Positions 17,036 through 26,562 of a stretch of DNA of 64,000 nt are shown here, one piece after another. The notes under the pieces were generated by a model. It made no database searches. It saw only the letters and a program-made list of their open reading frames with translations, and was not told the DNA's origin. The position numbers and the translations under genes were made by a program. Origin of the DNA: an uncultured virus (IMG/VR IMGVR_UViG_3300008266_011056) (lineage: Duplodnaviria; Heunggongvirae; Uroviricota; Caudoviricetes); the IMG/VR virus record IMGVR_UViG_3300008266_011056; one strand, 5' to 3'. The first letter of the stretch is position 1; every line of letters starts with the position of its first letter.

Positions 17036-17443
17036 TTAACCCATAGTCGGAGGGGGAAGTGGTGTAATTCGATTTTTAATAGATTTAGGGTCTATTTCAG
17101 ATCTAGGATCATGATCAGCAGAATAAATGTCTTCTATAACTTCACCGTCTGCATTTCTTAAAGCAAAGATACAATAATAAACAGTATTTTCAGCCAGCGA
17201 AAGAAATCTATGTCTGAGATTTTTATCAATTACAATGTAGGTAGGTGCTTCAAAAATTTTAGGTTCGTGACCCTGAATTTCAACTTGTACTTTACCCTGT
17301 GCTAATAATGTAACATGATCATACTCGTGTGTATGACCTAAATTATATTCTTTTAAACCTAGTTTAAATTCTCTTAAAAATACATTTCCAAAATATCCTA
17401 ACTTACCAGGATCTACATCCATATCGGCTGTTTTAATAACCAT
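17036..17443 (-). CDS. Cupin-fold protein
   Basis: GHTHEYDHVTLLAQG..H.F metal-binding pattern; start moved to ATG 17443. Confidence 0.7.
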   Translation of the reverse strand: MVIKTADMDVDPGKLGYFGNVFLREFKLGLKEYNLGHTHEYDHVTLLAQGKVQVEIQGHEPKIFEAPTYIVIDKNLRHRFLSLAENTVYYCIFALRNADGEVIEDIYSADHDPRSEIDPKSIKNRITPLPPPTMG

Positions 17444-17454
17444 ATTAAACCTTT

Positions 17455-17991
17455 CTATAAATACCACTCAGGAACATTTCTTCGTTTCCATGAAGCAAAT
17501 TTTTGTTTATCACCTAGATAGTAATTTCTATAAGATTGAATACTATCACCGTCTACCTTGTATTTATCTGGCATGGCAGGTGTAGGATCCGATAACCAAC
17601 CAATCCTAGGAATGTTATTAGGTAACATACTAAAAATATGTTTCATCCTTGTAGATGAATGAGTTTTTCCATATCTAAATTTATACTCATCTAATAAATC
17701 TAACCAGAGATAATACAACCAATAATAGTGAGCCGATGATGCTCTCACCCAAATACCTGAAGGATGCTTGACATGAGAAGCTTTCCAAATTACATCTTCT
17801 CTTTCATCAGGTAACAACCAACGTTGAATTCTTCTATTATTCTTTGTTTTATCATAGTAAGGCTCACCATCTAATACTCTATGAGCTGTTGACATAAGCT
17901 GACCATATTCTAAGATCATCTTAACCACATGCTTGTCAACATGCTGCATGGCACATAGCGTAGTATTGTTACTAAGATAAAATATATTCAC
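17455..17991 (-). CDS. Pyrimidine-dimer DNA glycosylase-like (DenV superfamily) protein
   Basis: MNIFYL..DKHVVKMILE..QL.STAH..H.KHP..W..EY..RYGK.H..P.AMPD. Confidence 0.7.
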   Translation of the reverse strand: MNIFYLSNNTTLCAMQHVDKHVVKMILEYGQLMSTAHRVLDGEPYYDKTKNNRRIQRWLLPDEREDVIWKASHVKHPSGIWVRASSAHYYWLYYLWLDLLDEYKFRYGKTHSSTRMKHIFSMLPNNIPRIGWLSDPTPAMPDKYKVDGDSIQSYRNYYLGDKQKFASWKRRNVPEWYL

Positions 17992-18254
17992 TATTGTCTT
18001 TCTACATTATCTAAAATATTTTGAGCTACAACTTTAAATTCATCCGAGAAGAAAGATGATTTTAAAGAATTTTCTAAACAAAGTACAGCTATTTCGGGAT
18101 CTAAAAATTCAATATTATGTTCTGTATATTTAAAATCGTCTGCACTGTATGTATTAATAGCTATTAAGATTACAAAAATTTCATCTTCTGAAAACAATTT
18201 AAGTCTAACTATTGACTTATTGTTTCTAGACGGAAATTTAAGTATTTCAGCCAT
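17991..18254 (-). CDS. Hypothetical protein
   Basis: ORF coupled to both neighbours. Confidence 0.6.
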   Translation of the reverse strand: MAEILKFPSRNNKSIVRLKLFSEDEIFVILIAINTYSADDFKYTEHNIEFLDPEIAVLCLENSLKSSFFSDEFKVVAQNILDNVERQ

Positions 18255-18454
18255 TAGAAAATATTCTCACAGATGTATACATTAAAAGTAATACTATCAT
18301 CACCCTCAATAGTACTAAGAACTCTAGATTTAGCTTGCTCTACTTCACTTTCAGATTTAAACACTCCTACATGATATTTCTTTTTAGCGCGATTGAGCTT
18401 ATCTACTACGCAGTATTCTAAATTATACAGAGTTCTCATTATTCTGTCTTTCAA
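18254..18454 (-). CDS. Hypothetical protein
   Basis: ORF in operon; start may be 18439. Confidence 0.55.
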   Translation of the reverse strand: MKDRIMRTLYNLEYCVVDKLNRAKKKYHVGVFKSESEVEQAKSRVLSTIEGDDSITFNVYICENIF

Positions 18455-18662
18455 AATGATCTAGAAAATCTTGACTTACCTCTGGTAAACCTTCAACAGG
18501 ATCCCACCCCACAACTTCTAGCCTACCATCAATATAGTAGCCTACACCCCGTAAAAAATTTTCTACCTGTTTTAATACATCAGGTAAGGTAACTGCGTCA
18601 GTCTCTACTGCCACCCTTGAATAGGGATCAGTATCTTCATGAACAAAATAAAAACGGCTCAT
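18423..18662 (-). CDS. Hypothetical protein
   Basis: FLRGVGY motif typical of small phage proteins. Confidence 0.6.
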   Translation of the reverse strand: MSRFYFVHEDTDPYSRVAVETDAVTLPDVLKQVENFLRGVGYYIDGRLEVVGWDPVEGLPEVSQDFLDHFERQNNENSV

Positions 18663-18762
18663 TTCTTCATCCTTCTTAAATTTACTTCATTAATATTAAA
18701 ATGCTTCTCAGACTCAGGTATATCAGATGATACAGACCAAGAAGGTGACATAAAGTATTCTT

Positions 18763-19254
18763 TTATGTGGTTGAAGAAGCCCGAGAAGCTTTTGCTTTTT
18801 TTGGTGCGGGTTTCTCCACCTCTTCTGTAGGAGGTAATGCGTAAGGAAATGCTTCGCGTACTAAATCTTCTTTAATAGTTTTATACTTTTTAGTTAGCTT
18901 TCTATCTTTAGCTAAAATTAAAGCTTCAGCCTCTGTCCAATGAAGGCCTTCTAACATATTAATAAAGAGACTTTCTTTTTTAATTTTAGGTAGATTTGTC
19001 TTTTTATCTAACCAAATGTAAAACCGTCTAACTTCTTTTAGCAAGCTAGTATGGCTCATACCCATAGGTACATCCAGTTCTTTCTTATAAGGAGGTTCAC
19101 CTTCTGGTAAATCCATAACTAAGTTAGGGTCATAGTTAATACGTAAGACAGATATAAGATCAGGTCTTTTATATTGACGTAGAAGAGCGATCTTTTCTTC
19201 ACGGCTCTTTGCTTTATCAATATCCTCTAACATTTCAGATACAAGTTTGTTCAT
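18763..19254 (-). CDS. Conserved T4-like phage protein downstream of RNase H
   Basis: LPEGEPPY..E.LFI.MLEGLH..EAE..KD motif; coupled to rnh. Confidence 0.75.
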   Translation of the reverse strand: MNKLVSEMLEDIDKAKSREEKIALLRQYKRPDLISVLRINYDPNLVMDLPEGEPPYKKELDVPMGMSHTSLLKEVRRFYIWLDKKTNLPKIKKESLFINMLEGLHWTEAEALILAKDRKLTKKYKTIKEDLVREAFPYALPPTEEVEKPAPKKAKASRASSTT

Positions 19255-20141
19255 TAAAATTCCTCAATATGTTCAATCATAAGTTTCATCTTATTCTTGA
19301 TAAAATAATCTAGAAGTAACTCTCTACCTCTAGTAGGTGTATTTACAAACGTATTTATAATAGTGTTTTGTAGATCATCTGGTATTCTTGTGAGATCTAC
19401 TAATGCTTTATTACGATCAAAATTACGTTTAAAATTCTCATCTTGAGGCAAAGTACTCGAATCACTAAACCATTGATCTAATTTAACTTGCATTATCTTC
19501 TTCTGACGTTCATTTTCAACTATAGAAGTATCATCAGAAAGAACGTTAGGAATACCGTCACCCTTATCACCCCTAATAATATGCTCAAATAGGTATTTTT
19601 CAGGGGTGATTTCAGACGAAATAAACTTCTTAGTTACAGGTGAAAACTGTTTAACGTGTTTAAATTTCTGTAGTTGAATAAAGTCGTGATCACCCGATAA
19701 AATCAGCAAAGGTTTAGGTTCAGGAAACATACCTTCCCCTAAGTCATTCTCTTCTGACCATTTAACTAATGTAGCTATAATGTCATCTGCTTCAGCGGTC
19801 TCTACTTCTATTACTTTGTAGGGAAAAAATGTCTTTACTTCTTCTTTAATGAGATTAATAGTTTCAAAGATCATAGGCCAATCTAAGCCAGATTCTTCTC
19901 TAGCTTTTTTACGATTAGCTTTATAATACGGAAATACTTTTTTACGCCAGTAGTTCTTATTGTCGCAAGCAATAACTAATTCACCATAATTACCTTCGAA
20001 TTTTTGTTTTAAGCTTCGAATAGTATTGATGATCATATGTCGAAGTAACCCGACATCCAAACCGATATCTTCCCCACGCCTATTACCAATTTCAGCCATG
20101 AGGTTAGAAATCACTACCTGCGAATAATCAAGAATTATCAA
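19254..20141 (-). CDS. rnh: RNase H / 5'-3' exonuclease
   Basis: IILD..ACD..YWR..FPYYK..R..EADDII..SGDHDF.QL..GDKGDGIPN; probable TTG start at 20141. Confidence 0.93.
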   Translation of the reverse strand: MIILDYSQVVISNLMAEIGNRRGEDIGLDVGLLRHMIINTIRSLKQKFEGNYGELVIACDNKNYWRKKVFPYYKANRKKAREESGLDWPMIFETINLIKEEVKTFFPYKVIEVETAEADDIIATLVKWSEENDLGEGMFPEPKPLLILSGDHDFIQLQKFKHVKQFSPVTKKFISSEITPEKYLFEHIIRGDKGDGIPNVLSDDTSIVENERQKKIMQVKLDQWFSDSSTLPQDENFKRNFDRNKALVDLTRIPDDLQNTIINTFVNTPTRGRELLLDYFIKNKMKLMIEHIEEF

Positions 20142-20382
20142 TTGAGTTTTCCTCAGGCCGGTAAGAGTATTCACGAATAGCTTCGAAGGCTTGTTGAAAC
20201 TTATCAAGAGCTAGTTCCGTCTCTTGACCTAAGCTTTCTGATAAAAAGTATAGAATATCTGTCTTAGCATCCTCGGAAGGGATAGTAGCAATACCAGCTG
20301 CTACTGCCTCCATAGTTTTACGAATACTATCAATACGAATGAGATTAGTCTCTAGTTCAATAAGTGTGCTGTATGCTATCAT
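20128..20382 (-). CDS. Hypothetical protein
   Basis: ORF coupled to neighbours. Confidence 0.55.
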   Translation of the reverse strand: MIAYSTLIELETNLIRIDSIRKTMEAVAAGIATIPSEDAKTDILYFLSESLGQETELALDKFQQAFEAIREYSYRPEENSIDNS

Positions 20383-21440
20383 TTAATCGCTCTCAAAATA
20401 ATACACTCTTCATTAATACGTCCGTTAACGTCTGATCCTTTAGTTGTAAGATTTTCCATTATCTTACGTAGTTGTATTTTTGTAGCTTGTAGTACAATAG
20501 GTAAAAAAGCTTCGGGTCTACGAACTACTTTTTGTTCACATAATTCCGGATCATAATTTTGTAACGTAGTGCCTTTAACTTGAATACCTAAAGCCGAATC
20601 AGTACGATAAACAGCCAGCTTTTTATACTTAGAATTATATACCCATACCTGTGATGCACCTACCATTTCGGCAGGATGAATAGAGGTTACTCTTGCTTCT
20701 GTATCTTCTTTCTTATACTTCATTTTTGCTACTTGTTGTGATGCAGGCTTGACTTTTTTAACTCTAGGTTTACGATTAGCTTTTTTAAATTCTGAATAGC
20801 GGTTCACATCGTCAACAAACTCATTGACTAATTTTACTAACTGAGATAGTTTACGTTTACCTAGATTAGAATAACCTTCTTTAAGATCACCCTCAGTGGC
20901 TTCATAAGCTTGAGCAAATTCAACAGTCTTTTTATCCGCCCACTCAATTATATCGCTACCAAACTGCTTTGGAATATTCTTTGTTTTTAAATCATTATAA
21001 AGATTAAACGGTGTACCTTGTTTAATAAAGTCATCCAATGCACCTTCTAGATCACCCAAATACTCTTTTACTTTTTCTTTTAAATGGTCTTGAATAGTTG
21101 GTCTAGGTGTATCTACTACTTCAACTTCTTTAGTAGGGTACTTCATTACTAGCATATTAGTAATGTATTGATTAAACTTTTTATCGTGTTCTTCACGTAA
21201 GTTGTATCCGTTGTTTTTTATACGTGCTAACCAACCGTATGTGGATACAAAAAAGGAATCAGGGACGTTATCAAAAGCTTTTACTGCCTGCCCTGTTTTG
21301 TCTGAATTTTTAAGATATGTACGCATGAATGCACGTGCATCTTTCTTATCATTGTTCATGTTATAGAAAGAGAATGCATGCGCAAGATGTGACGTATAGT
21401 CATCTGAAGTTACATCAACTTTTGGTTCCGTTAATTTCAA
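20379..21440 (-). CDS. Conserved hypothetical T4-like phage protein
   Basis: 353 aa; EGYS..K.RKPR..SI.P..GA..WVYN.K..VKGTT..NGRIN. Confidence 0.75.
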   Translation of the reverse strand: MKLTEPKVDVTSDDYTSHLAHAFSFYNMNNDKKDARAFMRTYLKNSDKTGQAVKAFDNVPDSFFVSTYGWLARIKNNGYNLREEHDKKFNQYITNMLVMKYPTKEVEVVDTPRPTIQDHLKEKVKEYLGDLEGALDDFIKQGTPFNLYNDLKTKNIPKQFGSDIIEWADKKTVEFAQAYEATEGDLKEGYSNLGKRKLSQLVKLVNEFVDDVNRYSEFKKANRKPRVKKVKPASQQVAKMKYKKEDTEARVTSIHPAEMVGASQVWVYNSKYKKLAVYRTDSALGIQVKGTTLQNYDPELCEQKVVRRPEAFLPIVLQATKIQLRKIMENLTTKGSDVNGRINEECIILRAIK

Positions 21441-21717
21441 TTGACACCTCTTTTACACTATCATAACGAAAGGATCGCCAGCCTTGCTTATCAAGATCGT
21501 AAACAGGGCAGACATCTTCATTTACTTCTTTAACTCGTTCTGTTTTCTTTTCTACCTGAGGTACAAGCTCTGAATTTAACGTACATCTCATGGTACGCAA
21601 CTCACCGTCTTTTTTATTAAACTTAACCGTTACTTCACCATAACGTAAATGGTCGTTAAGCCATTTTATAAAGACCTTGCGCTCTTCCTCATTAAATCCT
21701 TCCCAGAACACACTCAT
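21415..21717 (-). CDS. SH3 beta-barrel (WYL_2-like) protein
   Basis: V.F.KKDGE.R.M.CTL..VYDL.K.GWRSFR. Confidence 0.75.
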   Translation of the reverse strand: MSVFWEGFNEEERKVFIKWLNDHLRYGEVTVKFNKKDGELRTMRCTLNSELVPQVEKKTERVKEVNEDVCPVYDLDKQGWRSFRYDSVKEVSIEINGTKS

Positions 21718-21728
21718 ACTACCCCCAT

Positions 21729-21757
21729 ATTATATAATAATTAAAAAAGTAAATCAA
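21729..21757 (-). promoter_or_regulatory. Sigma70-like promoter
   Basis: TTGATT-N17-TATAAT. Confidence 0.7.
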
Positions 21758-22677
21758 GATTTACTACGGAACACTTTATCTAGTATTTCCTTAGGGATTT
21801 CGTAAATTCTAGATTTTTCAATATCTACTCTATTATCTAACTCTTTACTCCATTTAGACTTACGGTTATATTTTCGTTTTTGTTTCGGTTGAAAATCCAC
21901 TGTAATATCTTCAATAGCTTCACCATTTACTTCTCTTAACGTCATATTAGCAGCAATGAGAAGTAAGATAGCTAACGGGTCAAATACAATAACAATAAGA
22001 ATGATAACCCATCTTACGGCACGTTCTAGTAAATTTTGATCAGGGTTATCACCATACATTAAAGCTGCGATGTACTTAATTGGCCCTACTTCAGCTTCTA
22101 CTTTACGGGCTTCTTTAGCTAGTGGTGCTCGCTCTTCACTAAGTGCTTTTATTTCTTTCTGCGCTTGTTGAATATTTTCATTAAGTTGTGATCTTTCTTT
22201 TTGTTGTGCTTTTCTAATTTGTACCGCTCTCTCAGCACCTTTCGTATCATTAGAACGAGCCATGACATTATCTACAGCCTCATCTAATTGGCGAAGAATT
22301 TTTCTATTAGTCTCTATATTTTCTTTTTGAACATTTATTTTTTCATCTATCATTGCTACTTGTGCAGCAACGTCTCCAATGGGTACACTCTGATCCATAT
22401 GAGCTTTCGATAAGTAACCGAAGATACCCATAGTAGTTATAAGAGAAAGTATTAATACTGCAACTGTAAAGTAGTACTTAATAGTACGTGGAGCGGTTTT
22501 CCAATTACGATACAACCAGGAGGCTGTGACTAGTTTAGCTAATTCCAAACTACCACCCATAACGGCAATTGCCCAGGGTGTAGTTGGAAATATAGCTATT
22601 AAACCTATAATTGAAAAATAAGCCGCAATAGCTGAGATAGCCAGGGCTGAAAGAAGAGTAAGAATTACAGTAATCAT
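21754..22677 (-). CDS. Membrane protein with a long coiled coil
   Basis: Three N-terminal TMs, coiled coil, C-terminal TM with VFDPLA. Confidence 0.75.
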   Translation of the reverse strand: MITVILTLLSALAISAIAAYFSIIGLIAIFPTTPWAIAVMGGSLELAKLVTASWLYRNWKTAPRTIKYYFTVAVLILSLITTMGIFGYLSKAHMDQSVPIGDVAAQVAMIDEKINVQKENIETNRKILRQLDEAVDNVMARSNDTKGAERAVQIRKAQQKERSQLNENIQQAQKEIKALSEERAPLAKEARKVEAEVGPIKYIAALMYGDNPDQNLLERAVRWVIILIVIVFDPLAILLLIAANMTLREVNGEAIEDITVDFQPKQKRKYNRKSKWSKELDNRVDIEKSRIYEIPKEILDKVFRSKS

Positions 22678-23072
22678 AATTTAACGTGGGAACGGTTCAC
22701 TTTAACTGATATCCACGTATTATACCATAAATCCTTATTTTCAAGAACTGATCTGGTAAATTGCTCTTTTGCTTCCAGATAGTTTGTAGTACCTTTGTTT
22801 TTACATAGATGAATTATTTCACGTGTAAAGTTTTCTTTTCCAAGTCTTTCAACATCTCTTTGTAATTCATCTGAAGAAGACCAATACGTTTTCCAGTCAG
22901 ATTCTGCCTTATAACGTTTTCTAACTTTGTTAACTTGTCTACGCTTTGTTGCCCAAAAGAACTTTTTACCGATGTATTTTCTACCATCGGTTTTGTTCGT
23001 AATAATATACACAAATCCATAATATTCTCCAGGTTCAAGAAACGGCTCACCATTATAAAACCAATCAATCAT
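22674..23072 (-). CDS. GIY-YIG family nuclease
   Basis: GFVYIITN..GRKYIGKK..W..Y.SS..F.REI..E..YN. Confidence 0.75.
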   Translation of the reverse strand: MIDWFYNGEPFLEPGEYYGFVYIITNKTDGRKYIGKKFFWATKRRQVNKVRKRYKAESDWKTYWSSSDELQRDVERLGKENFTREIIHLCKNKGTTNYLEAKEQFTRSVLENKDLWYNTWISVKVNRSHVKL

Positions 23073-23224
23073 TCATCATCAGACTCGTCGTCTACCTCAT
23101 CTTCTATTTCCCCACCACAATAGGGGCAATAGTAAACCTCGTATTGTTCTTGAATTGATGCGTCATTATTATTTTTTATTTTAAAAATGGCATCGCAATT
23201 ATAGCATTCGTATTGCTTAGACAT
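23069..23224 (-). CDS. Small zinc-ribbon protein with acidic tail, 51 aa, absent from the ORF track
   Basis: MSKQYECYNCDAIF..YCPYCGGEIEDEVDDESDDE*; ATGA coupling to the next gene. Confidence 0.8.
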   Translation of the reverse strand: MSKQYECYNCDAIFKIKNNNDASIQEQYEVYYCPYCGGEIEDEVDDESDDE

Positions 23225-23657
23225 CCGTAATTCTTTCCGTCCCTATTCCGCACTTATGTAAGAAATTTAACCCGTCTTCATTTCTATAAACATGTTTATA
23301 ATATACATTTTTTATACCTGCTGTGTAAATTAGCTTTGCGCATTCTAAACATGGTGCATGTGTAATAAACATATCTGAACCTTCACCTGATTCTTGACTA
23401 CGAGCTAATTTAGCTATAGCGTTTGCTTCAGCATGAATAACTTCAGGTTTAGTCTGCAACTCTTCTTTACCATTCTCGTATCTTCTAGTAACAATCTCAC
23501 AATTATTATCCCAACCTGAAGGTGTACCGTTGTAACCGATACTTATTACTCTATTATCCTTTACAATAATAGCCCCTACTTTAAGTCTTCTTGCATAAGA
23601 TAACTTAGAGTAAGTTTCTGCAACCTCAAGGTGGGATTGTATTACTCTCTTGTTCAT
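23217..23657 (-). CDS. cd: dCMP deaminase
   Basis: VGAIIVK..GYNG..HAE.NA..PCLEC. Confidence 0.93.
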   Translation of the reverse strand: MNKRVIQSHLEVAETYSKLSYARRLKVGAIIVKDNRVISIGYNGTPSGWDNNCEIVTRRYENGKEELQTKPEVIHAEANAIAKLARSQESGEGSDMFITHAPCLECAKLIYTAGIKNVYYKHVYRNEDGLNFLHKCGIGTERITDV

Positions 23658-23898
23658 CAACAGCTCCCCACTTACCTACTGGACACGAAGTACTTTTTAT
23701 AATTACTTTTGCCGGCATAAAGCAATAACATTCCCCGCATGCTTTAACTATCTTGCTAAAGGCCTCACACTCCATACAAATTTTATATCGCTCTTTTGCA
23801 AATCGAAAATACCCTTTAAGTATATAATTCTCTTCATTCTCACGACGAATACGAGTTTCTTCGTCTTGTATTTCCTCTTCAGGTTTTATTTTATTCAT
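23626..23898 (-). CDS. Cys-rich hypothetical protein
   Basis: C-x2-C..C-x2-C-x-C..K..CP.GKW. Confidence 0.65.
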   Translation of the reverse strand: MNKIKPEEEIQDEETRIRRENEENYILKGYFRFAKERYKICMECEAFSKIVKACGECYCFMPAKVIIKSTSCPVGKWGAVDEQESNTIPP

Positions 23899-23906
23899 AA
23901 TTTAAA

Positions 23907-24896
23907 TTAAGCCGCTTTACCCCATACATCAGTCCAGTCTCCTGACAAGGCGCCTTTGGCATAGTCGGTCGCTCTGTTTTCAAAGAAGTTAGTATGTGTT
24001 GGTGCATTGATCATTTCTTCAACCCAAGGTAGAGGATTCTTTTTAACTTTAAAGATACCTTTCAACCCTAGAGAAATAAGTCTACGATCGGCAATATAAC
24101 GAATATATGTTTTAACATCACTAGCAGTTAAATCAGGCATATCACCCATAGAGAATGCTAAATCAATAAACCGATCTTCAAGCTCAACCATTTTTTCTGC
24201 AATAGTATAAATTCTAGATTTTAGATCATCGTTCCAGATCTCTCTGTTTTCTTCTACATAGGTACGGAACAATTTAATCATGGACTCTGCATGTTGAGTC
24301 TCATCTACAATGGACCAGGTGACAATCTGACCCATGCCTTTCATTTTACCGTGCCTAGGGAAGTTAAGTAGCATGATAAAGGAACTAAATAGTTGCATCC
24401 CTTCGGTGAAAGCAGAGAATACTGCAATATGAGTAGCAGTACTAGCAGCATTGCCATTCTGTGAGCTAATATCAAGAATGTAATCATGTTTGTCTCTCAT
24501 TTCTGCATACTGAAAAAATTCATTGTATGTGGTATCAGGCATCCCAAGTGTTTCAATAAGATGTGAGTACGCAGCAATATGTAGAGCTTCTCTCGCTGCA
24601 AACCCTGCAAGCATCATTCTTACTTCAGGCTGCGGGAAGTAAGGTAAATAGTTTTTAACATAACCACCTGCTACATCGATATCTCCTTGTGTAAAGAAAC
24701 GGAAGATATGAGTAAGAAATTGTTTTTCCGATGGTGATAGTTTTTTCTTCCAATCCTTAACATCTTCCAGCATTGGTACTTCTGTATGTAACCAATGGCT
24801 CTGTTCGTGCTTTAACCAAGCATCGTATGCCCAAGGATATGAAAATGGTCTAAAGAAGTTTCTTTCGTCTGTTAGTTTACTTTTTGTTTTTGTCAT
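23907..24896 (-). CDS. nrdB: Class I ribonucleotide reductase beta subunit
   Basis: FFTQGD, EALHIAAY, EGMQLFSSF, DETQH, NFFE.R.T.Y. Confidence 0.97.
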   Translation of the reverse strand: MTKTKSKLTDERNFFRPFSYPWAYDAWLKHEQSHWLHTEVPMLEDVKDWKKKLSPSEKQFLTHIFRFFTQGDIDVAGGYVKNYLPYFPQPEVRMMLAGFAAREALHIAAYSHLIETLGMPDTTYNEFFQYAEMRDKHDYILDISSQNGNAASTATHIAVFSAFTEGMQLFSSFIMLLNFPRHGKMKGMGQIVTWSIVDETQHAESMIKLFRTYVEENREIWNDDLKSRIYTIAEKMVELEDRFIDLAFSMGDMPDLTASDVKTYIRYIADRRLISLGLKGIFKVKKNPLPWVEEMINAPTHTNFFENRATDYAKGALSGDWTDVWGKAA

Positions 24897-24903
24897 TGTT
24901 TTC

Positions 24904-25227
24904 CTAAACTGTAAAACTTGAACCACATCCACACGTTGCTTTGACGTTAGGATTTTTTATTTTAAACTCTGCACCCATAATAGATTTTTCGTAATCAATT
25001 TCTGCTTCTGTTAAGTATTGCATAGACATAGAGTCTACTATAACACCTACTCCATCTCTTTCAAAGATAAAATCATCTTCCGCTGCAGGTTGTTCTTCTA
25101 ATGTAAATCCATACTGAAACCCAGAGCAACCTCCACCTTGTACGAAGATTCTTAGCTTTAGATTAGGGTCTTCTTCTTCAATAATTTCTTTAATTTTTTT
25201 AACTGCTGAATCGCTGATGGTGATCAT
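24904..25227 (-). CDS. erpA: A-type Fe-S carrier (ErpA/IscA)
   Basis: [28 protein letters not shown]. Confidence 0.93.
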   Translation of the reverse strand: MITISDSAVKKIKEIIEEEDPNLKLRIFVQGGGCSGFQYGFTLEEQPAAEDDFIFERDGVGVIVDSMSMQYLTEAEIDYEKSIMGAEFKIKNPNVKATCGCGSSFTV

Positions 25228-25924
25228 TTTGCTTTGCTAACCTTAAAAATTTGAAGATGTTAAAATACATCCAACCTATATCAAACTCAAACCATTTTAA
25301 ACTAAGCTTTGGATTACTAGGATCAAGATGATGATTATTATGAAGTAACTCACCACCAACCAAAACATCAATCGGCATAACATTTCGAGATTCCTCTCTC
25401 GTATCGCCGTTTCTATATCCCCAGCTATGTCCCACGCCGTTGACCACACCAGCTGCCCAAAACGGTATCCAAGCGATTTGACACAGCCAAAGTCCAAACC
25501 CAACAAAGCCAAACAGAATAATATTAATACAAAGCAAAACAAGTACACCAAGATAAGTATACTTACTGTAGACATTCTTCTCTAACCAATCCTCCGGTGT
25601 ACCTACACCATACGTGTTGACCATAGCTTTATCTTTAGCCGCACTATTATATAACCAAGCACCTTTAAACAACACTGTTAATAAACCATAATGAACAGGT
25701 GAATGAGGGTCCTCTTTTTTATCACAATAACGGTGATGTAATCTATGAACTGCAACCCATTCTTTAGTTACCATACCAGTAGTCATCCATAACCACCAGC
25801 GCATAAAGTGAGATAGAACGGGATGAAAAATTAATGCTTTATGTGCCTGGCCTCTATGTAAAAATAAAGTAACGCAGATAATAGTAATATGGGTTGTCAA
25901 AAGCAGGTAAATTAACTCACTCAT
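25199..25924 (-). CDS. Membrane fatty-acid (delta-9-type) desaturase
   Basis: His boxes LHR..AH, HRLHH and [13 protein letters not shown]. Confidence 0.92.
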   Translation of the reverse strand: MSELIYLLLTTHITIICVTLFLHRGQAHKALIFHPVLSHFMRWWLWMTTGMVTKEWVAVHRLHHRYCDKKEDPHSPVHYGLLTVLFKGAWLYNSAAKDKAMVNTYGVGTPEDWLEKNVYSKYTYLGVLVLLCINIILFGFVGFGLWLCQIAWIPFWAAGVVNGVGHSWGYRNGDTREESRNVMPIDVLVGGELLHNNHHLDPSNPKLSLKWFEFDIGWMYFNIFKFLRLAKQNDHHQRFSS

Positions 25925-26300
25925 TATAATTGTCTTTATAATCTTTTATCGCTGCTTTAATCGCATCTTCTGCAAGAATAGAACAGTGAATTTTGACTGG
26001 TGGTAATGCAAGTTCCGTAGCAATTTGAGTGTTTTTAATTTGCGACGCTTCTGCCAGAGTTTTTCCCTTAACCCATTCAGTGACCAGTGACGACGAAGCG
26101 ATCGCCGAACCACAACCGTACGTCTTGAATTTCGCATCTTCTATTACACCTTCTTCGCTTACTTTAATTTGCAACTTCATAACGTCACCACAGGCTGGTG
26201 CACCTACCATACCCGTACCAACTCTTTTTACTTCTTTTGCAAAAGTTCCTACATTACGTGGATTTTCATAATGATCTAAAACTTTTTCTGAATATGACAT
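25917..26300 (-). CDS. iscU: Fe-S cluster scaffold
   Basis: YSEKVLDHYENPRNVG, APACGD, GCGSAIASS, LPPVKIHCS. Confidence 0.97.
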   Translation of the reverse strand: MSYSEKVLDHYENPRNVGTFAKEVKRVGTGMVGAPACGDVMKLQIKVSEEGVIEDAKFKTYGCGSAIASSSLVTEWVKGKTLAEASQIKNTQIATELALPPVKIHCSILAEDAIKAAIKDYKDNYNE

Positions 26301-26301
26301 T

Positions 26302-26547
26302 TTAATCGTGAATAAAAGATTCAACCTCTTGTATTGTTTGTAATCCAACCATCTTTTTTAAGATAGTATTATCTTCTATCATAATCATGGTTGGTACTGA
26401 ACGTATTCCATATTCTGTAGCTAGTTCCATATTCTCGTCAATATCAATTACCTCAATAGGAATACTTGTTTCTATTCTATTTAATATTTCCTTTAACGAC
26501 TTACATGGCTTACACCATTCTGCCGTGAATCGTAAAATTTTTTTCAT
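26302..26547 (-). CDS. Thioredoxin
   Basis: WCKPC active site, SVPT. Confidence 0.9.
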   Translation of the reverse strand: MKKILRFTAEWCKPCKSLKEILNRIETSIPIEVIDIDENMELATEYGIRSVPTMIMIEDNTILKKMVGLQTIQEVESFIHD

Positions 26548-26562
26548 ATGTTCCTCTATAAT

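Noticed and set aside
22674..23072. GIY-YIG gene as a mobile homing endonuclease or intron
   Set aside because: Short, no evident DNA-binding tail, interrupts no gene; nrdA, nrdB, thyX and gp43 look uninterrupted
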